A DNA stretch of 60,704 bases from an uncultured bacterium. Lineage in GTDB: Bacteria; Electryoneota; B3-LCP. The position numbers and the translations under genes were made by a program. Position 1 is the stretch's first letter. The number at the start of each line of letters is the position of its first letter. Shown here one piece after another: positions 1 to 9,523 of this stretch. The DNA is taken from positions 1-60,704 of the forward strand of contig CAZUTK010000009.1 of assembly GCA_964623265.1 (NCBI GenBank), given 5' to 3'. The notes beneath the pieces were generated by a model that worked only from the letters and a program-made list of their open reading frames with translations, was not told where the DNA came from and ran no database searches.

Positions 1-2
1 TG

Positions 3-2552
3 ACCTACGATTCGAGCCTCTTCGCTTTGTTGCTTTACGGCAACACCTGGAAGATCGAATCCATCGCGCCGGTAACGGTGAACGCCGGAACGGTCTGGCG
101 CGCTGCGGTGGCGACCACGGACGTGGGCGAGATTCAGGCTTTCGGCGTGGGAGACGGCAATCACGAATTGTTTTACGTGTTCAACGGCACTCAACAGCAG
201 ACCGCGACTCAGTGGAACACCACCTATCAGAATGTGGCGGCGTTGAACAACTGGGCGTTGATCCAGATGCCCATCGGCAGGGACTGGAAAATCCGCTACA
301 ACGAGTATCCCGTCATAGACCGGCTGTTTTACGTCAACGATATAGACGCCCCGATGGGGACTTCCACCTCCTTCTTCGACGAAATTCACGACATCACCGA
401 AGACCTGCCCAACATTCCGCAGGTATACATCACGGCGCAGGGGGATTCTTCGGCGCTTCAGCCTTTCTACCAGTTCACCAGCCTGGTGATTGATCCGGAC
501 AGTCCGAATCACACCTATTTCTGGGATTTCGGCGATTCCACCTTCTCGGATCAACCCAATCCCAGCCATACGTATGCGTCACGGGGTTATCGCACGGTGT
601 CGCTGATCGTTATGGACGACGACAGCTTGTTCGGCGACGCCGCAGTCCATCTGTACCCTCCGCCGGGCGTCCCTCTGCCGGAATTCACGTTAAACGCCGC
701 CGGCGACGTCATGCTGGCGCGCCGCTATGAGGAAGCGGGGGGGATCATCCCCACCTACGGCGTGAATTACATCTTTGAAAAGACGCGCGCTATGTTCGGT
801 CAGGCGGCGGATATCAGCATGGTGAACCTCGAATGTCCGCTCACGAATCAAGGTTATCCGCATCCCACGAAGGATTACGTCTTTCGCGGCAGTCCCGCCA
901 ATGTCAGCGGATTGATTTTTGCTGGGTACGATTACGTCGCTCTGGGCAACAACCACACGACGGACTATATGGAACCTGGATTAGCGCAGACCATCGCGGT
1001 GTTGGATTCCGCCGGTCTGCTCTTTTCGGGATCCGGCTTGAATGAATACTGGGCGACCCGCCCGGCGTTTTTCACCGTGGATGGCATCCGCGTGGCAGTG
1101 CTCTCGTATTGCAATCGGGACGGTCGCGAAGACTTTTTGCCGCCATTTCTGGAAGCCGGCTACAACAAAGCCGGTTTCGCTATGTTCGACGAGCCCACTT
1201 TGGCGGCGACGATTCCGGCTGTGGATTCGCTGGCGGACCTAGTGATTGTGCAGGTTCACGCGGGCACGGAATACGATCCTTCCCCCCTGCTTGCCGGCTT
1301 GCCGCCTCTTGCCGCCCAGCTCCCCCGCGAAGAATTCATCCGCTATGACTTCGCGGATGTGGATTCCGTTGACCGCATCTTGAAGAAGCGCGCCGTCGAG
1401 CTCGGAGCGGATCTGGTGCTCTGCCACCATCCGCATGTCATCCAGGGTTTCGAAGTGTACCAGAACAAGCTCATCGCGCACAGCTTCGGCAACTTCGCCT
1501 TCGATCAGAATTACTGGGAGACCTATCTGTCTTTCATCCTATACACTCACGGTTCGTTGGACGGATTCAACGATTTCACTTTCCGCCCCGTCTATATTGA
1601 CGATTACATCCCCACGCCAGCGACGGGGGAACTGGCGGAAGCCATTATGCGCAAGCTGGCGTCTTATTCCCGCGAACTGGGGACGGCGGTTTCTTACGAT
1701 TCCGCGGCGGGTCTGGGGAAAATCGCTCTCTCCCCGGCGCAGGTGCAGGAAAGCCATCGCGACATCTCCGCCACCGTGGCTTTCCGACAGGAAGGAAATT
1801 ATTATATCTCCGAACCGCTGCGTCTGGAGGATCCGGGGTTCTTGAGCGCCATCGTCTCGATTTCCGGCATTCCCGGTGGAGCGCAGCTGCGAGCTTCCCT
1901 GGGGCGGGAGATTCTCTATATGGGCGGCTTCGAATTCGAAGGGGGATGGCTCTGGAACCATACCTCTCCAGACGTCTTTATGGAGCCGATGTATCCTCAT
2001 TCGGGGACTTACTGCCTGGGAGTGCGACGCAGCAGCGGAAATCCGCCGCTCTGGGGGGATCTTGAGGATCGCATCCCGGTCAGCACCAGCCGGCGCTACA
2101 CTCTGGACGGTTATATGGCTGGGATCAACGCGAAGAACGCGCGTTTTGGAGCCGCTTTTTACTGGAGCCGCTCCGCTTCCGGCACGTTCATTGATGAACA
2201 GACGGTGAATCAGCAGACGGGCACTTTTCCCTGGACGCGTGAATACGTCAATCTCACCACGCCCAACAACGGGTATTTCATCAATATCCTCTGCCGCAAC
2301 GAAGCGCCGACCACGGGAACCGGAACCGCCAAATTCGACGATCTGAAATTGATCGAGTGGACCACCAACTGGGCGACGATCTCGACCGGATTCACCGCCG
2401 TGGATTATCCCAGCGAGACGACGTTCATCCAGTTGAGATCGAATCAGGCGGTCGCCAATGCCGTCATCACCTACCGCATGACCACCCGGGAGATTCTGCC
2501 TGCTGGGGTGTCCGTTTTCGGAAACCGCAACGGGCGAAACTTTGAAAGATGA
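3..2552 (+). CDS. CapA/PGA_cap-family metallophosphatase-fold protein with PKD domain and a C-terminal CBM-like domain (5' partial)
   Basis: Frame is open from position 3. PKD motif YFWDFGD..NPSHTY. CapA motifs AAGDVML, NLECP, LGNNH, HAGTEY, HHPHV, SFGNF. Confidence 0.85.
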   Translation, partial: TYDSSLFALLLYGNTWKIESIAPVTVNAGTVWRAAVATTDVGEIQAFGVGDGNHELFYVFNGTQQQTATQWNTTYQNVAALNNWALIQMPIGRDWKIRYNEYPVIDRLFYVNDIDAPMGTSTSFFDEIHDITEDLPNIPQVYITAQGDSSALQPFYQFTSLVIDPDSPNHTYFWDFGDSTFSDQPNPSHTYASRGYRTVSLIVMDDDSLFGDAAVHLYPPPGVPLPEFTLNAAGDVMLARRYEEAGGIIPTYGVNYIFEKTRAMFGQAADISMVNLECPLTNQGYPHPTKDYVFRGSPANVSGLIFAGYDYVALGNNHTTDYMEPGLAQTIAVLDSAGLLFSGSGLNEYWATRPAFFTVDGIRVAVLSYCNRDGREDFLPPFLEAGYNKAGFAMFDEPTLAATIPAVDSLADLVIVQVHAGTEYDPSPLLAGLPPLAAQLPREEFIRYDFADVDSVDRILKKRAVELGADLVLCHHPHVIQGFEVYQNKLIAHSFGNFAFDQNYWETYLSFILYTHGSLDGFNDFTFRPVYIDDYIPTPATGELAEAIMRKLASYSRELGTAVSYDSAAGLGKIALSPAQVQESHRDISATVAFRQEGNYYISEPLRLEDPGFLSAIVSISGIPGGAQLRASLGREILYMGGFEFEGGWLWNHTSPDVFMEPMYPHSGTYCLGVRRSSGNPPLWGDLEDRIPVSTSRRYTLDGYMAGINAKNARFGAAFYWSRSASGTFIDEQTVNQQTGTFPWTREYVNLTTPNNGYFINILCRNEAPTTGTGTAKFDDLKLIEWTTNWATISTGFTAVDYPSETTFIQLRSNQAVANAVITYRMTTREILPAGVSVFGNRNGRNFER

Positions 2553-2601
2553 TGCGGCTCCGGTGCATGAGCGGAAATTTCACCGAATTTCGACGCTCCT
2601 C

Positions 2602-2630
2602 TTGACATTCGCAGAATTTAATGTTATATT
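2602..2630 (+). promoter_or_regulatory. sigma70-type promoter TTGACA-17-TATATT with extended -10 TG
   Basis: Consensus -35, 17-bp spacer, upstream of RBS AAGGAG and ATG 2676. Confidence 0.8.
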
Positions 2631-2675
2631 GAGACGATAGAATCCGTAAAATGCGACAAAATGTAAGGAGATGCA

Positions 2676-5600
2676 ATGAAACGCTTGCTCGCGGTTTTAT
2701 CCGCTGTCGTCTTTCTGCTATGTAGCGGGACCTCTCTGCCGGCGCAGGATGGACCCTATTTGCTGGTGCGCGTGACCGTCACACCGGAAGTCAAGTTGAT
2801 CCCTCTACTGGAATTAGGATTGGATATCACTGGAGGGGTCAAGGATCAGTATTTGGAAGTCGTCTGCCATCCGGCGGAACTGGCGCAGATCCGCGCGCTG
2901 GGCTATACCGCCGATGTGCTGATTGAGGATATGGAAAGGTATTACGCGGAACAAGCCCCCGTCAGCGATGATATGGGAGGGTTCCACACCTATTCCGAAA
3001 CCGTGCAGTTGCTCAATGCTGCGCATAACCTCTATCCCAATATCACCACAGCTCCGTTCTCGATCGGGCAGACGATCGAAGGGCGCGAGATGTGGGCGAT
3101 CAAAATCTCCGACAATCCGAATCTGGACGAAGATGAACCGGAGATTTTCTTCAACGGTCTGATTCACGCGCGGGAACCGATCGGACTGGAAATCTGCCTG
3201 GCTCTGATTGACACGCTCTTGCACGGTTACGGGGTGAATCCGCAGATGACCTACTTTGTCAACGAGCGGGAAATCTTCTTCCTGCCGATTTTCAATGTGG
3301 ATGGTTACGTTTACAATGAGACCACCAATCCGACCGGCGGCGGGATGTGGCGTAAAAACCGTCGTTTGAACGCCGGAGGCTCATACGGAGTGGATCTGAA
3401 CCGCAACTTCGGGTTCAACTGGGGTTACAACAACGTGGGTTCTTCACCTACCCCCAGCTCTGAAACCTATCGCGGGACCGGTCCCTTCTCGGAACCGGAG
3501 ACGGAAAACGTGCGGCAATTCTGCAACGACCACTATTTTGCCATTGTGTTGAATTTTCACTCCTACTCGAATTTAATGCTGTATTCGTGGTCAATCCCCG
3601 CTGCGCCGTGGGGTTATACACCGGACAACGCGACCTTCTACTCGATGTCCCAGACGATGAACGCCTGGAACGGCTACGAGTTCGGCACCGCCTGGGAGAT
3701 CCTCTATGAAGTCAACGGAGATGCCAACGACTGGATGTACGGCGAGCAGATTGAAAAGCCGAAGTCGCTCGCCTGGGTGTTCGAAGTCCATCCCAGCAGC
3801 TTCTGGCCCTACAGTCAGATTCAGTATCTGATCAATCAGAATATGCAGCCCTGTTTTTACCTGATTGACCAGGCGGCGAACTACATGCCGACTCCGGTGA
3901 ACCTCTCCTACGTCGGCGGGGTGATTGACGACCAGATCGGCGGCAACGGCAACGGCGGTCTGGATCCCGGGGAAACCGCTCAGTTTACCCCGACTCTGCG
4001 CAACGGCGGTTGGGTGACTGGAACCGGCATCTCCGCCACACTGGTCAGCCCGGATCCTTACATCACGATTACAACGAATACGGCGACCTATCCGAACCTG
4101 GATCCTCGGGCTTCCACACCGTCCAGCACACCCTACACCATTGTGGTTTCCAGCGGCTGTCCGCTGGAGCACACGGCGCAATTCGGGTTGATTTGGACCT
4201 GCAATCAGGGCTATTCGGATACGGCTTCCTTCTCGTTGGTCGTCGGCGATCCGATGTATCAACCGATGGGACCGGATGCCTACGGATATATGGCATATGA
4301 CATCTACGATCAAAATGGTCCGGAGTTCAATTGGATCGAAGTGGATCCCGTCGTCGGAGGCCCCGGTTCGCTGATCAATTTCACTCAGGATGATCAGACC
4401 GTGCAGTTGACTTTGCCCTTCACCTTCCGTTACTATGGACAGAATTACACACAGATTTCGGTCTGCACCAACGGCTGGATCGCGATGGGCGTCACCACTA
4501 GCACGGATTACTCTAATTCCGCCATCCCCAACTCTGACGGACCGCCCGCGATGATCGCGCCTTTCTGGGAAGACCTGTCACCGCAACAAGCGGGTCGGGT
4601 GGCTTACCACTACAACGCGGCGCAGCATTACTTCGTCGTGGAATACGACAGCGTGCGGGAATACTCGCCGACCACTGCGCGGGAAACCTTCGAAGTTGTG
4701 CTGTATGATCCGGCGCATTATCCGACTTTGAGCGGCGACGGTCAAATCCTCTTCCAGTATAACCAGACGACGGATCTGACGTCGAACACCGTGGGCATCG
4801 AAAATCAGACGCAGACGATCGGGCTGCAATGTCTGTATAACGGCGATTTGAACAATCATATGGCGTCTTTGCAGCCGGGTCTGGCGATTCTCTTCTCGAC
4901 GCCCACCAGCGCAGCGAATCTTGATATCACTCTGACGCCCGTCAATCCTCCGATTCAAATTCCCGCGACGGGCGGAAGCTTCAACTTCAACGCTTCGGTG
5001 GCGAACAACGGGACGAGTCCGGCGACGTTCGATGTCTGGATTATGACGCAGCTCCCCAGCGGCACATGGTACGGTCCGGTGTTGGGACCGGTGAATTTGA
5101 CGTTGTCAGGCGGCGTCTCCATCACCCGTCTACGCACTCAGGCGGTGCCGGCCTCAGCCCCCGCCGGAACGTACGTATATCGCGGATATGTGGGCACCTA
5201 TTCGTCGGTGAAAGTTGACAGCAGCAGCTTCAACTTTACGAAGTCGGCGACGGGCGTGGGCGCGACCTTCAGTGAATGGAGCAACAGCGGCGAATCATTC
5301 GCTTCCTGGTTCACAGAAGATGAAGATGCTCTTCCGGATCAGGTGATACTGTCGCAGAATTATCCCAATCCCTTCAACCCACTTACAACCATCCGCTATG
5401 GTCTGCCTCAAGCCGCGTTTGTTAGCCTGAAGATCTACGATCTGCAGGGCAGAGAAGTAGCGGTGCTGAGCGACGGCAATCAGCCTGCGGGCATGCATCA
5501 AGTCACTTGGAATGCTCAGGATCTGGCTTCCGGAGTGTACCTGTATGTCTTGCGCGCCGGGGAATATACCGCGGCGAACAAATGCCTGCTGATTAAGTAG
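2676..5600 (+). CDS. Secreted M14 zinc carboxypeptidase (carboxypeptidase T-like) with Ig-like domains and T9SS C-terminal sorting domain
   Basis: Signal peptide. HARE, RKNR, NRNF, FHSY motifs. C-terminal QNYPNPFNP...IYDLQGREV...LASGVYLY...KCLLIK. Confidence 0.9.
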   Translation: MKRLLAVLSAVVFLLCSGTSLPAQDGPYLLVRVTVTPEVKLIPLLELGLDITGGVKDQYLEVVCHPAELAQIRALGYTADVLIEDMERYYAEQAPVSDDMGGFHTYSETVQLLNAAHNLYPNITTAPFSIGQTIEGREMWAIKISDNPNLDEDEPEIFFNGLIHAREPIGLEICLALIDTLLHGYGVNPQMTYFVNEREIFFLPIFNVDGYVYNETTNPTGGGMWRKNRRLNAGGSYGVDLNRNFGFNWGYNNVGSSPTPSSETYRGTGPFSEPETENVRQFCNDHYFAIVLNFHSYSNLMLYSWSIPAAPWGYTPDNATFYSMSQTMNAWNGYEFGTAWEILYEVNGDANDWMYGEQIEKPKSLAWVFEVHPSSFWPYSQIQYLINQNMQPCFYLIDQAANYMPTPVNLSYVGGVIDDQIGGNGNGGLDPGETAQFTPTLRNGGWVTGTGISATLVSPDPYITITTNTATYPNLDPRASTPSSTPYTIVVSSGCPLEHTAQFGLIWTCNQGYSDTASFSLVVGDPMYQPMGPDAYGYMAYDIYDQNGPEFNWIEVDPVVGGPGSLINFTQDDQTVQLTLPFTFRYYGQNYTQISVCTNGWIAMGVTTSTDYSNSAIPNSDGPPAMIAPFWEDLSPQQAGRVAYHYNAAQHYFVVEYDSVREYSPTTARETFEVVLYDPAHYPTLSGDGQILFQYNQTTDLTSNTVGIENQTQTIGLQCLYNGDLNNHMASLQPGLAILFSTPTSAANLDITLTPVNPPIQIPATGGSFNFNASVANNGTSPATFDVWIMTQLPSGTWYGPVLGPVNLTLSGGVSITRLRTQAVPASAPAGTYVYRGYVGTYSSVKVDSSSFNFTKSATGVGATFSEWSNSGESFASWFTEDEDALPDQVILSQNYPNPFNPLTTIRYGLPQAAFVSLKIYDLQGREVAVLSDGNQPAGMHQVTWNAQDLASGVYLYVLRAGEYTAANKCLLIK

Positions 5601-5621
5601 ATTTGAGGACAATCCATCCAT

Positions 5622-5661
5622 AAACGAACAAGCGGGAGATGAACTTCCGCTTGTTCGTTTT
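5622..5661 (+). terminator. Intrinsic terminator hairpin
   Basis: aaacgaacaagcgggag / cttccgcttgttcgttt stem directly after the M14 gene stop. Confidence 0.75.
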
Positions 5662-5692
5662 CTGATTTCAAAACTTTCGATCGGAGATGATT

Positions 5693-5884
5693 ATGCTGAA
5701 GATGAAAGAAGTTGTCGGTGCTTCGCCGTTGGGGTATTCGGAAGCGGTGCGAACCGCGGTCGAGAAGTTGCTGGAAGCCGGAGAGAAAGTGCATTTCTTT
5801 CAGGTGATGGAACAGCGAGGCGCCGTGCGCGATGGGAAATTCAAGGAATTTCAAGTCATCGTAAAAGTAGCTGTGGAAGGCTGA
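5693..5884 (+). CDS. Dodecin-family small protein
   Basis: 63 aa. EVVGASP..YSEAVRTAV...FQVMEQRG....GKFKEFQVIVKV matches the dodecin pattern. RBS GGAG. Confidence 0.75.
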   Translation: MLKMKEVVGASPLGYSEAVRTAVEKLLEAGEKVHFFQVMEQRGAVRDGKFKEFQVIVKVAVEG

Positions 5885-5973
5885 TTCTGCACAGATCCTG
5901 GTTTGCTCATAACCATAGATTTCCCCGAAGCGCTTCTGCTTGGCATATCGCAATTCGATGCACCAAATAATCC

Positions 5974-6002
5974 TTGCAAACTCCTGAGAGGTTTCGTATA
6001 TT
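5974..6002 (+). promoter_or_regulatory. sigma70-type promoter TTGCAA-17-TATATT, probably leaderless into ATG 6010
   Basis: 17-bp spacer. The -10 ends 7 nt before the ATG. Confidence 0.65.
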
Positions 6003-6009
6003 TCTTCTG

Positions 6010-6894
6010 ATGCGAGAATTTACGGTTATAAGAATAGATCCGCCTAATGAGGCGTATCGGGAAGCGGCGGAGCTGGTCCGAAAGCTGCAATCGGCGGGTT
6101 TCGAAGCGTATTTCGTCGGCGGATGCGTGCGAGATCTGCTGCTGAAGCTGGCTCCGGAAGATTTTGACATCGCCGCAAGCGCGAAGCCGGAAGATGTCCT
6201 GAGCCTTTTTCCGCAGGCGCACGGTGCCGGCAAGCGATTCGGCGTGAGTATCGTGCCGGTTTCGACCGGCGAAGTGGAAATCGCCGCATTTCGACAGGAC
6301 GGGCCGTATTTCGATCATCGCCGCCCCGCCTGGGTTCAATATGCCGGCATCGAAGAGGACGCCTGGCGGCGGGACTTCAGCATCAATGCGCTTTACTACA
6401 ATCCTGTCAGCGCTCAGGTCGTGGATCTCGTCTCAGGGCTGCCGGATCTGGAGCAGCGCATCTTGCGGGTGATCGGCGATCCCTTCGAGCGTCTGGATGA
6501 AGACTGGCTGCGTCTATTGCGGGCGGTGCGCTTTGCGGCGCGGTTCAATCTCGAATTCGAATTCGTCACCTGGGATGCTGTGCGCGCATTGGCGCCGTTG
6601 GTCGTGGGGGTCAGCATGGAGCGGCGCACCGAGGAAGTGCGCAGGATGTTGATGGGTCCCAATCCCGTCAAAGCGATCGGTTTGCTCTACACCAGCGGCC
6701 TCTGGAAAGCGCTCTGGGGAGATCTGCCGTTCACGCAGAAGCGCTTGATCAAGATCATGGATGCCTTTGATAAGGACGTGAACCGCAGCTTTATCTGGCG
6801 GGATTTCTTAGGGGATTTATCCACCGAATGGGCGCAGAAAGCGGCTGAAAATTTAACCCTGACGCGCGAGGAAAAGCGTTCGATCGGATTGTGA
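6010..6894 (+). CDS. cca: CCA-adding tRNA nucleotidyltransferase / poly(A) polymerase family (short, no HD domain)
   Basis: VGGCVRDLLL..DFDIA, RRDFSINAL and EDWLRLLRAVRF motifs. Confidence 0.85.
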   Translation: MREFTVIRIDPPNEAYREAAELVRKLQSAGFEAYFVGGCVRDLLLKLAPEDFDIAASAKPEDVLSLFPQAHGAGKRFGVSIVPVSTGEVEIAAFRQDGPYFDHRRPAWVQYAGIEEDAWRRDFSINALYYNPVSAQVVDLVSGLPDLEQRILRVIGDPFERLDEDWLRLLRAVRFAARFNLEFEFVTWDAVRALAPLVVGVSMERRTEEVRRMLMGPNPVKAIGLLYTSGLWKALWGDLPFTQKRLIKIMDAFDKDVNRSFIWRDFLGDLSTEWAQKAAENLTLTREEKRSIGL

Positions 6895-6914
6895 TAGCGC
6901 CGGCGAGGATGCTG

Positions 6915-7319
6915 ATGAAGAAAGAGGAAGCACTTTGGGATGCCTTGATACAAGCTGCTCAGACGGCTCGTCTGAATGCCTGCGCGCCGTATTCGACATT
7001 CAAAGTCGGAGCCGCTCTGGAAACCGCGGATGGGCGAGTCTTTACAGGATCGAATGTGGAGTCTTCATCTTATGGGCTCTCGATTTGCGCGGAACGCGTG
7101 GCGTTATTTAAGGCGCTTTCAGAAGGGTTTCGATCCTTCCGGCGACTGGTCGTTGTAACCGAAAGCGATCCGCCCGCGCCGCCCTGCGGAGCCTGCCGGC
7201 AGTTGTTGTGGGATTACGCGCGGGGGATTGAAATCCTGCTAACAGGCGGGATCGGGAAGACTGTTCAAATGAAACTGGAGGATCTTCTGCCGATGCCGTT
7301 TGGTTCAGAACATTTTTAG
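6915..7319 (+). CDS. cdd: Cytidine deaminase (tetrameric type)
   Basis: APYSTFKVGAAL, GSNVE, CAER, PCGACRQ. RBS GAGGA. Confidence 0.92.
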   Translation: MKKEEALWDALIQAAQTARLNACAPYSTFKVGAALETADGRVFTGSNVESSSYGLSICAERVALFKALSEGFRSFRRLVVVTESDPPAPPCGACRQLLWDYARGIEILLTGGIGKTVQMKLEDLLPMPFGSEHF

Positions 7320-7373
7320 AAACATTCACGATACTGTAAAACGGGTGTACGAATCATTAAAGGAGAAATACGA

Positions 7374-7811
7374 ATGTCAACAAAAGAATTGCAGGAACGC
7401 ATCGTGGCGAATATGAAAAGCTGGCAGAGGATTGAGAACGCCTCGGCGGCAAGCACGGGAAAGGTCATGGAAAAAACGGATCATCCCATCATCCGTCTGG
7501 TGATGGAGATCATTCAGCGGGATTCGATGCTGCATCACCGCGTTCAAGAAATGGTGGTGGAAACCTTGGAGAGGAAAGCCGTGTCCTTGACACCGGAACA
7601 ACTCGCGGAAGCCTGGGGATTGATCGAAGAGCACATTGAACTGGAAAAAAAGACGATTCAGCATGCAACAGAAGCCCTGGATGCGTTGAAAGGCAAGAAG
7701 ATGGTGGTGCAGGAATACCTGATTCACTACCTTCTGCAAGACGAAACCAAACACAACAAACTGCTGGACAGTCTGGCGATGATCAAGAAGGGGATGTATC
7801 CATACGGGTAA
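7374..7811 (+). CDS. Ferritin-like four-helix-bundle hypothetical protein
   Basis: All-helical. Paired E...DxxxH and E...DExKH motifs. RBS AAAGGAG. Confidence 0.6.
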   Translation: MSTKELQERIVANMKSWQRIENASAASTGKVMEKTDHPIIRLVMEIIQRDSMLHHRVQEMVVETLERKAVSLTPEQLAEAWGLIEEHIELEKKTIQHATEALDALKGKKMVVQEYLIHYLLQDETKHNKLLDSLAMIKKGMYPYG

Positions 7812-7832
7812 ACCCATCGAAGAAGATCGGAG

Positions 7833-7867
7833 GACGGGGCGGAATCTTCCCGCCCCGTTTCATTTTC
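7833..7867 (+). terminator. Intrinsic terminator
   Basis: gacggggcgg/ccgccccgtt stem followed by a T-rich tract. Confidence 0.75.
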
Positions 7868-7993
7868 CCCTTAGGCGCCGTCGAGGAAGAAGCTCAAATT
7901 TCGCACCTCTGGTCAGGTGTAGCCCTTGGATCATTTTGCATTTTCAATCGTAAGTAAAATTGGGACAGTTGGAATTCATCAGGGATCAATATT

Positions 7994-9523
7994 ATGGAAC
8001 AAAAGCCGCAATTCAAGACGAATCTGCAGAGCATTCCCAAACCCGAAGCCGAAACAGCGGGTTATGAAGAAGGTGTCAGCAGTAAGCGGACAGACAGCGG
8101 GATTGACTTCCGCTTGAAGCCCGAGGAGCTGGAAAGCTACCTCAACCGGTACGTGGTGGATCAACCCGAAGCCGTTGCGGTGCTGGCGACGAAGATCTGC
8201 ACCCACTTCAACCGGATGCGGTTGGAGATGGAGGAGGCTTATCCCGAAGACTCCGTGCTGGGCAACATCAAGTCGAATATCTTGATGATCGGTCCCACCG
8301 GTGTGGGGAAGACTTTTATTGTGAAGCTGATCGCGCATCGCATCGGCGTACCCTTCGTCAAAGGCGACGCCACCAAATTCAGCGAGACCGGTTATGTCGG
8401 CGGCGACGTCGAAGATCTCGTGCGCGAACTTGTGCGCGAAGCGGACGGTGACATCAAGCTGGCGGAGTACGGTATCATCTACATAGATGAGATTGACAAG
8501 ATCGCCGCGGCGCCGGGCGGATGGGGACCGGACGTCAGCCGCACGGGTGTTCAGCGCAATCTGCTCAAGTTGATGGAAGAGACAGAAGTGGATATGAAGG
8601 TGCCGCACGACTTAGCCAGTCAGATGGAAGCCGTGATGCAGGCTCAGAAGACCGGCAAGGCGGAGCGCAAGAAAGTCAACACCCGGAATATCCTCTTCGT
8701 GGTGTCCGGCGCCTTCGACGGCATTGCGGACCTGATCCGCAAGCGGTTGGCGCAGAGGTCCATCGGATTCAAAGGCAGTCCCGATTCAGCGGGTCAAACG
8801 GAAACCGATCTTTTGCGTCAAGTGACCAGCCGGGATCTGATTCAATACGGGTTCGAATCGGAATTCATCGGCAGGCTGCCGGTGGTCGTGGTATTGAACG
8901 ATTTGACGGAAGAAAGTCTCTATAGCATTCTCGCTAACCCTAACAGCGCGGTCATCAAGGCGAAGAAGCGGGAATTCCGCGCTTACGGCATTCATTTGGA
9001 ATTCGAGGATGATGCCTTGCGCTTGCTCGCCAAGCAAGCGGCTCAGGAAAAGACCGGAGCCCGCGGGATACTCTCCGCGGTGGAACGCGTTCTGGTAAAT
9101 TTCGAAAAGCGATTGCCCACGTTGGGAGTGAAGCAGTTGCGGGTGACGAAGCGGTTAATCGAGCATCCGGAAGAGGTGATGCGGGAAATCATCTTCGAGC
9201 ATGTGCTGGATGAATTCGCCGCAGAGTTCGAGGAGAATTCCGGGGTCGTGCTGAGGTTTCATCCTGATGCGCGCCGAAAGCTCGAAGTGGATTTTGCGGA
9301 CCATCCTGAGGCTATCGCCGACGTCTTGCGTCAAAAATTGAAGGATTACATTTACGGTGTGAAACTGCTGGGGGTGTCAGAATTCGAGATTACGGCTCAA
9401 ATTCTGGATGAACCGACGAAGATTTTGGATCAGTTGATCAAAGAAGCCTACGAGAAGAGGAAACGGTCTGACGAAGCCACGCAGATGGAAGCGCAAAACC
9501 CTGAATCCGAATCGCAGGCTTAG
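7994..9523 (+). CDS. ClpX-like AAA+ ATPase lacking the N-terminal Zn finger, with C-terminal extension
   Basis: KSNILMIGPTGVGKT, GYVGGDVE, IYIDEIDK, DVSRTGVQ, IGF loop, EFIGRLP, TGARG. Confidence 0.85.
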   Translation: MEQKPQFKTNLQSIPKPEAETAGYEEGVSSKRTDSGIDFRLKPEELESYLNRYVVDQPEAVAVLATKICTHFNRMRLEMEEAYPEDSVLGNIKSNILMIGPTGVGKTFIVKLIAHRIGVPFVKGDATKFSETGYVGGDVEDLVRELVREADGDIKLAEYGIIYIDEIDKIAAAPGGWGPDVSRTGVQRNLLKLMEETEVDMKVPHDLASQMEAVMQAQKTGKAERKKVNTRNILFVVSGAFDGIADLIRKRLAQRSIGFKGSPDSAGQTETDLLRQVTSRDLIQYGFESEFIGRLPVVVVLNDLTEESLYSILANPNSAVIKAKKREFRAYGIHLEFEDDALRLLAKQAAQEKTGARGILSAVERVLVNFEKRLPTLGVKQLRVTKRLIEHPEEVMREIIFEHVLDEFAAEFEENSGVVLRFHPDARRKLEVDFADHPEAIADVLRQKLKDYIYGVKLLGVSEFEITAQILDEPTKILDQLIKEAYEKRKRSDEATQMEAQNPESESQA

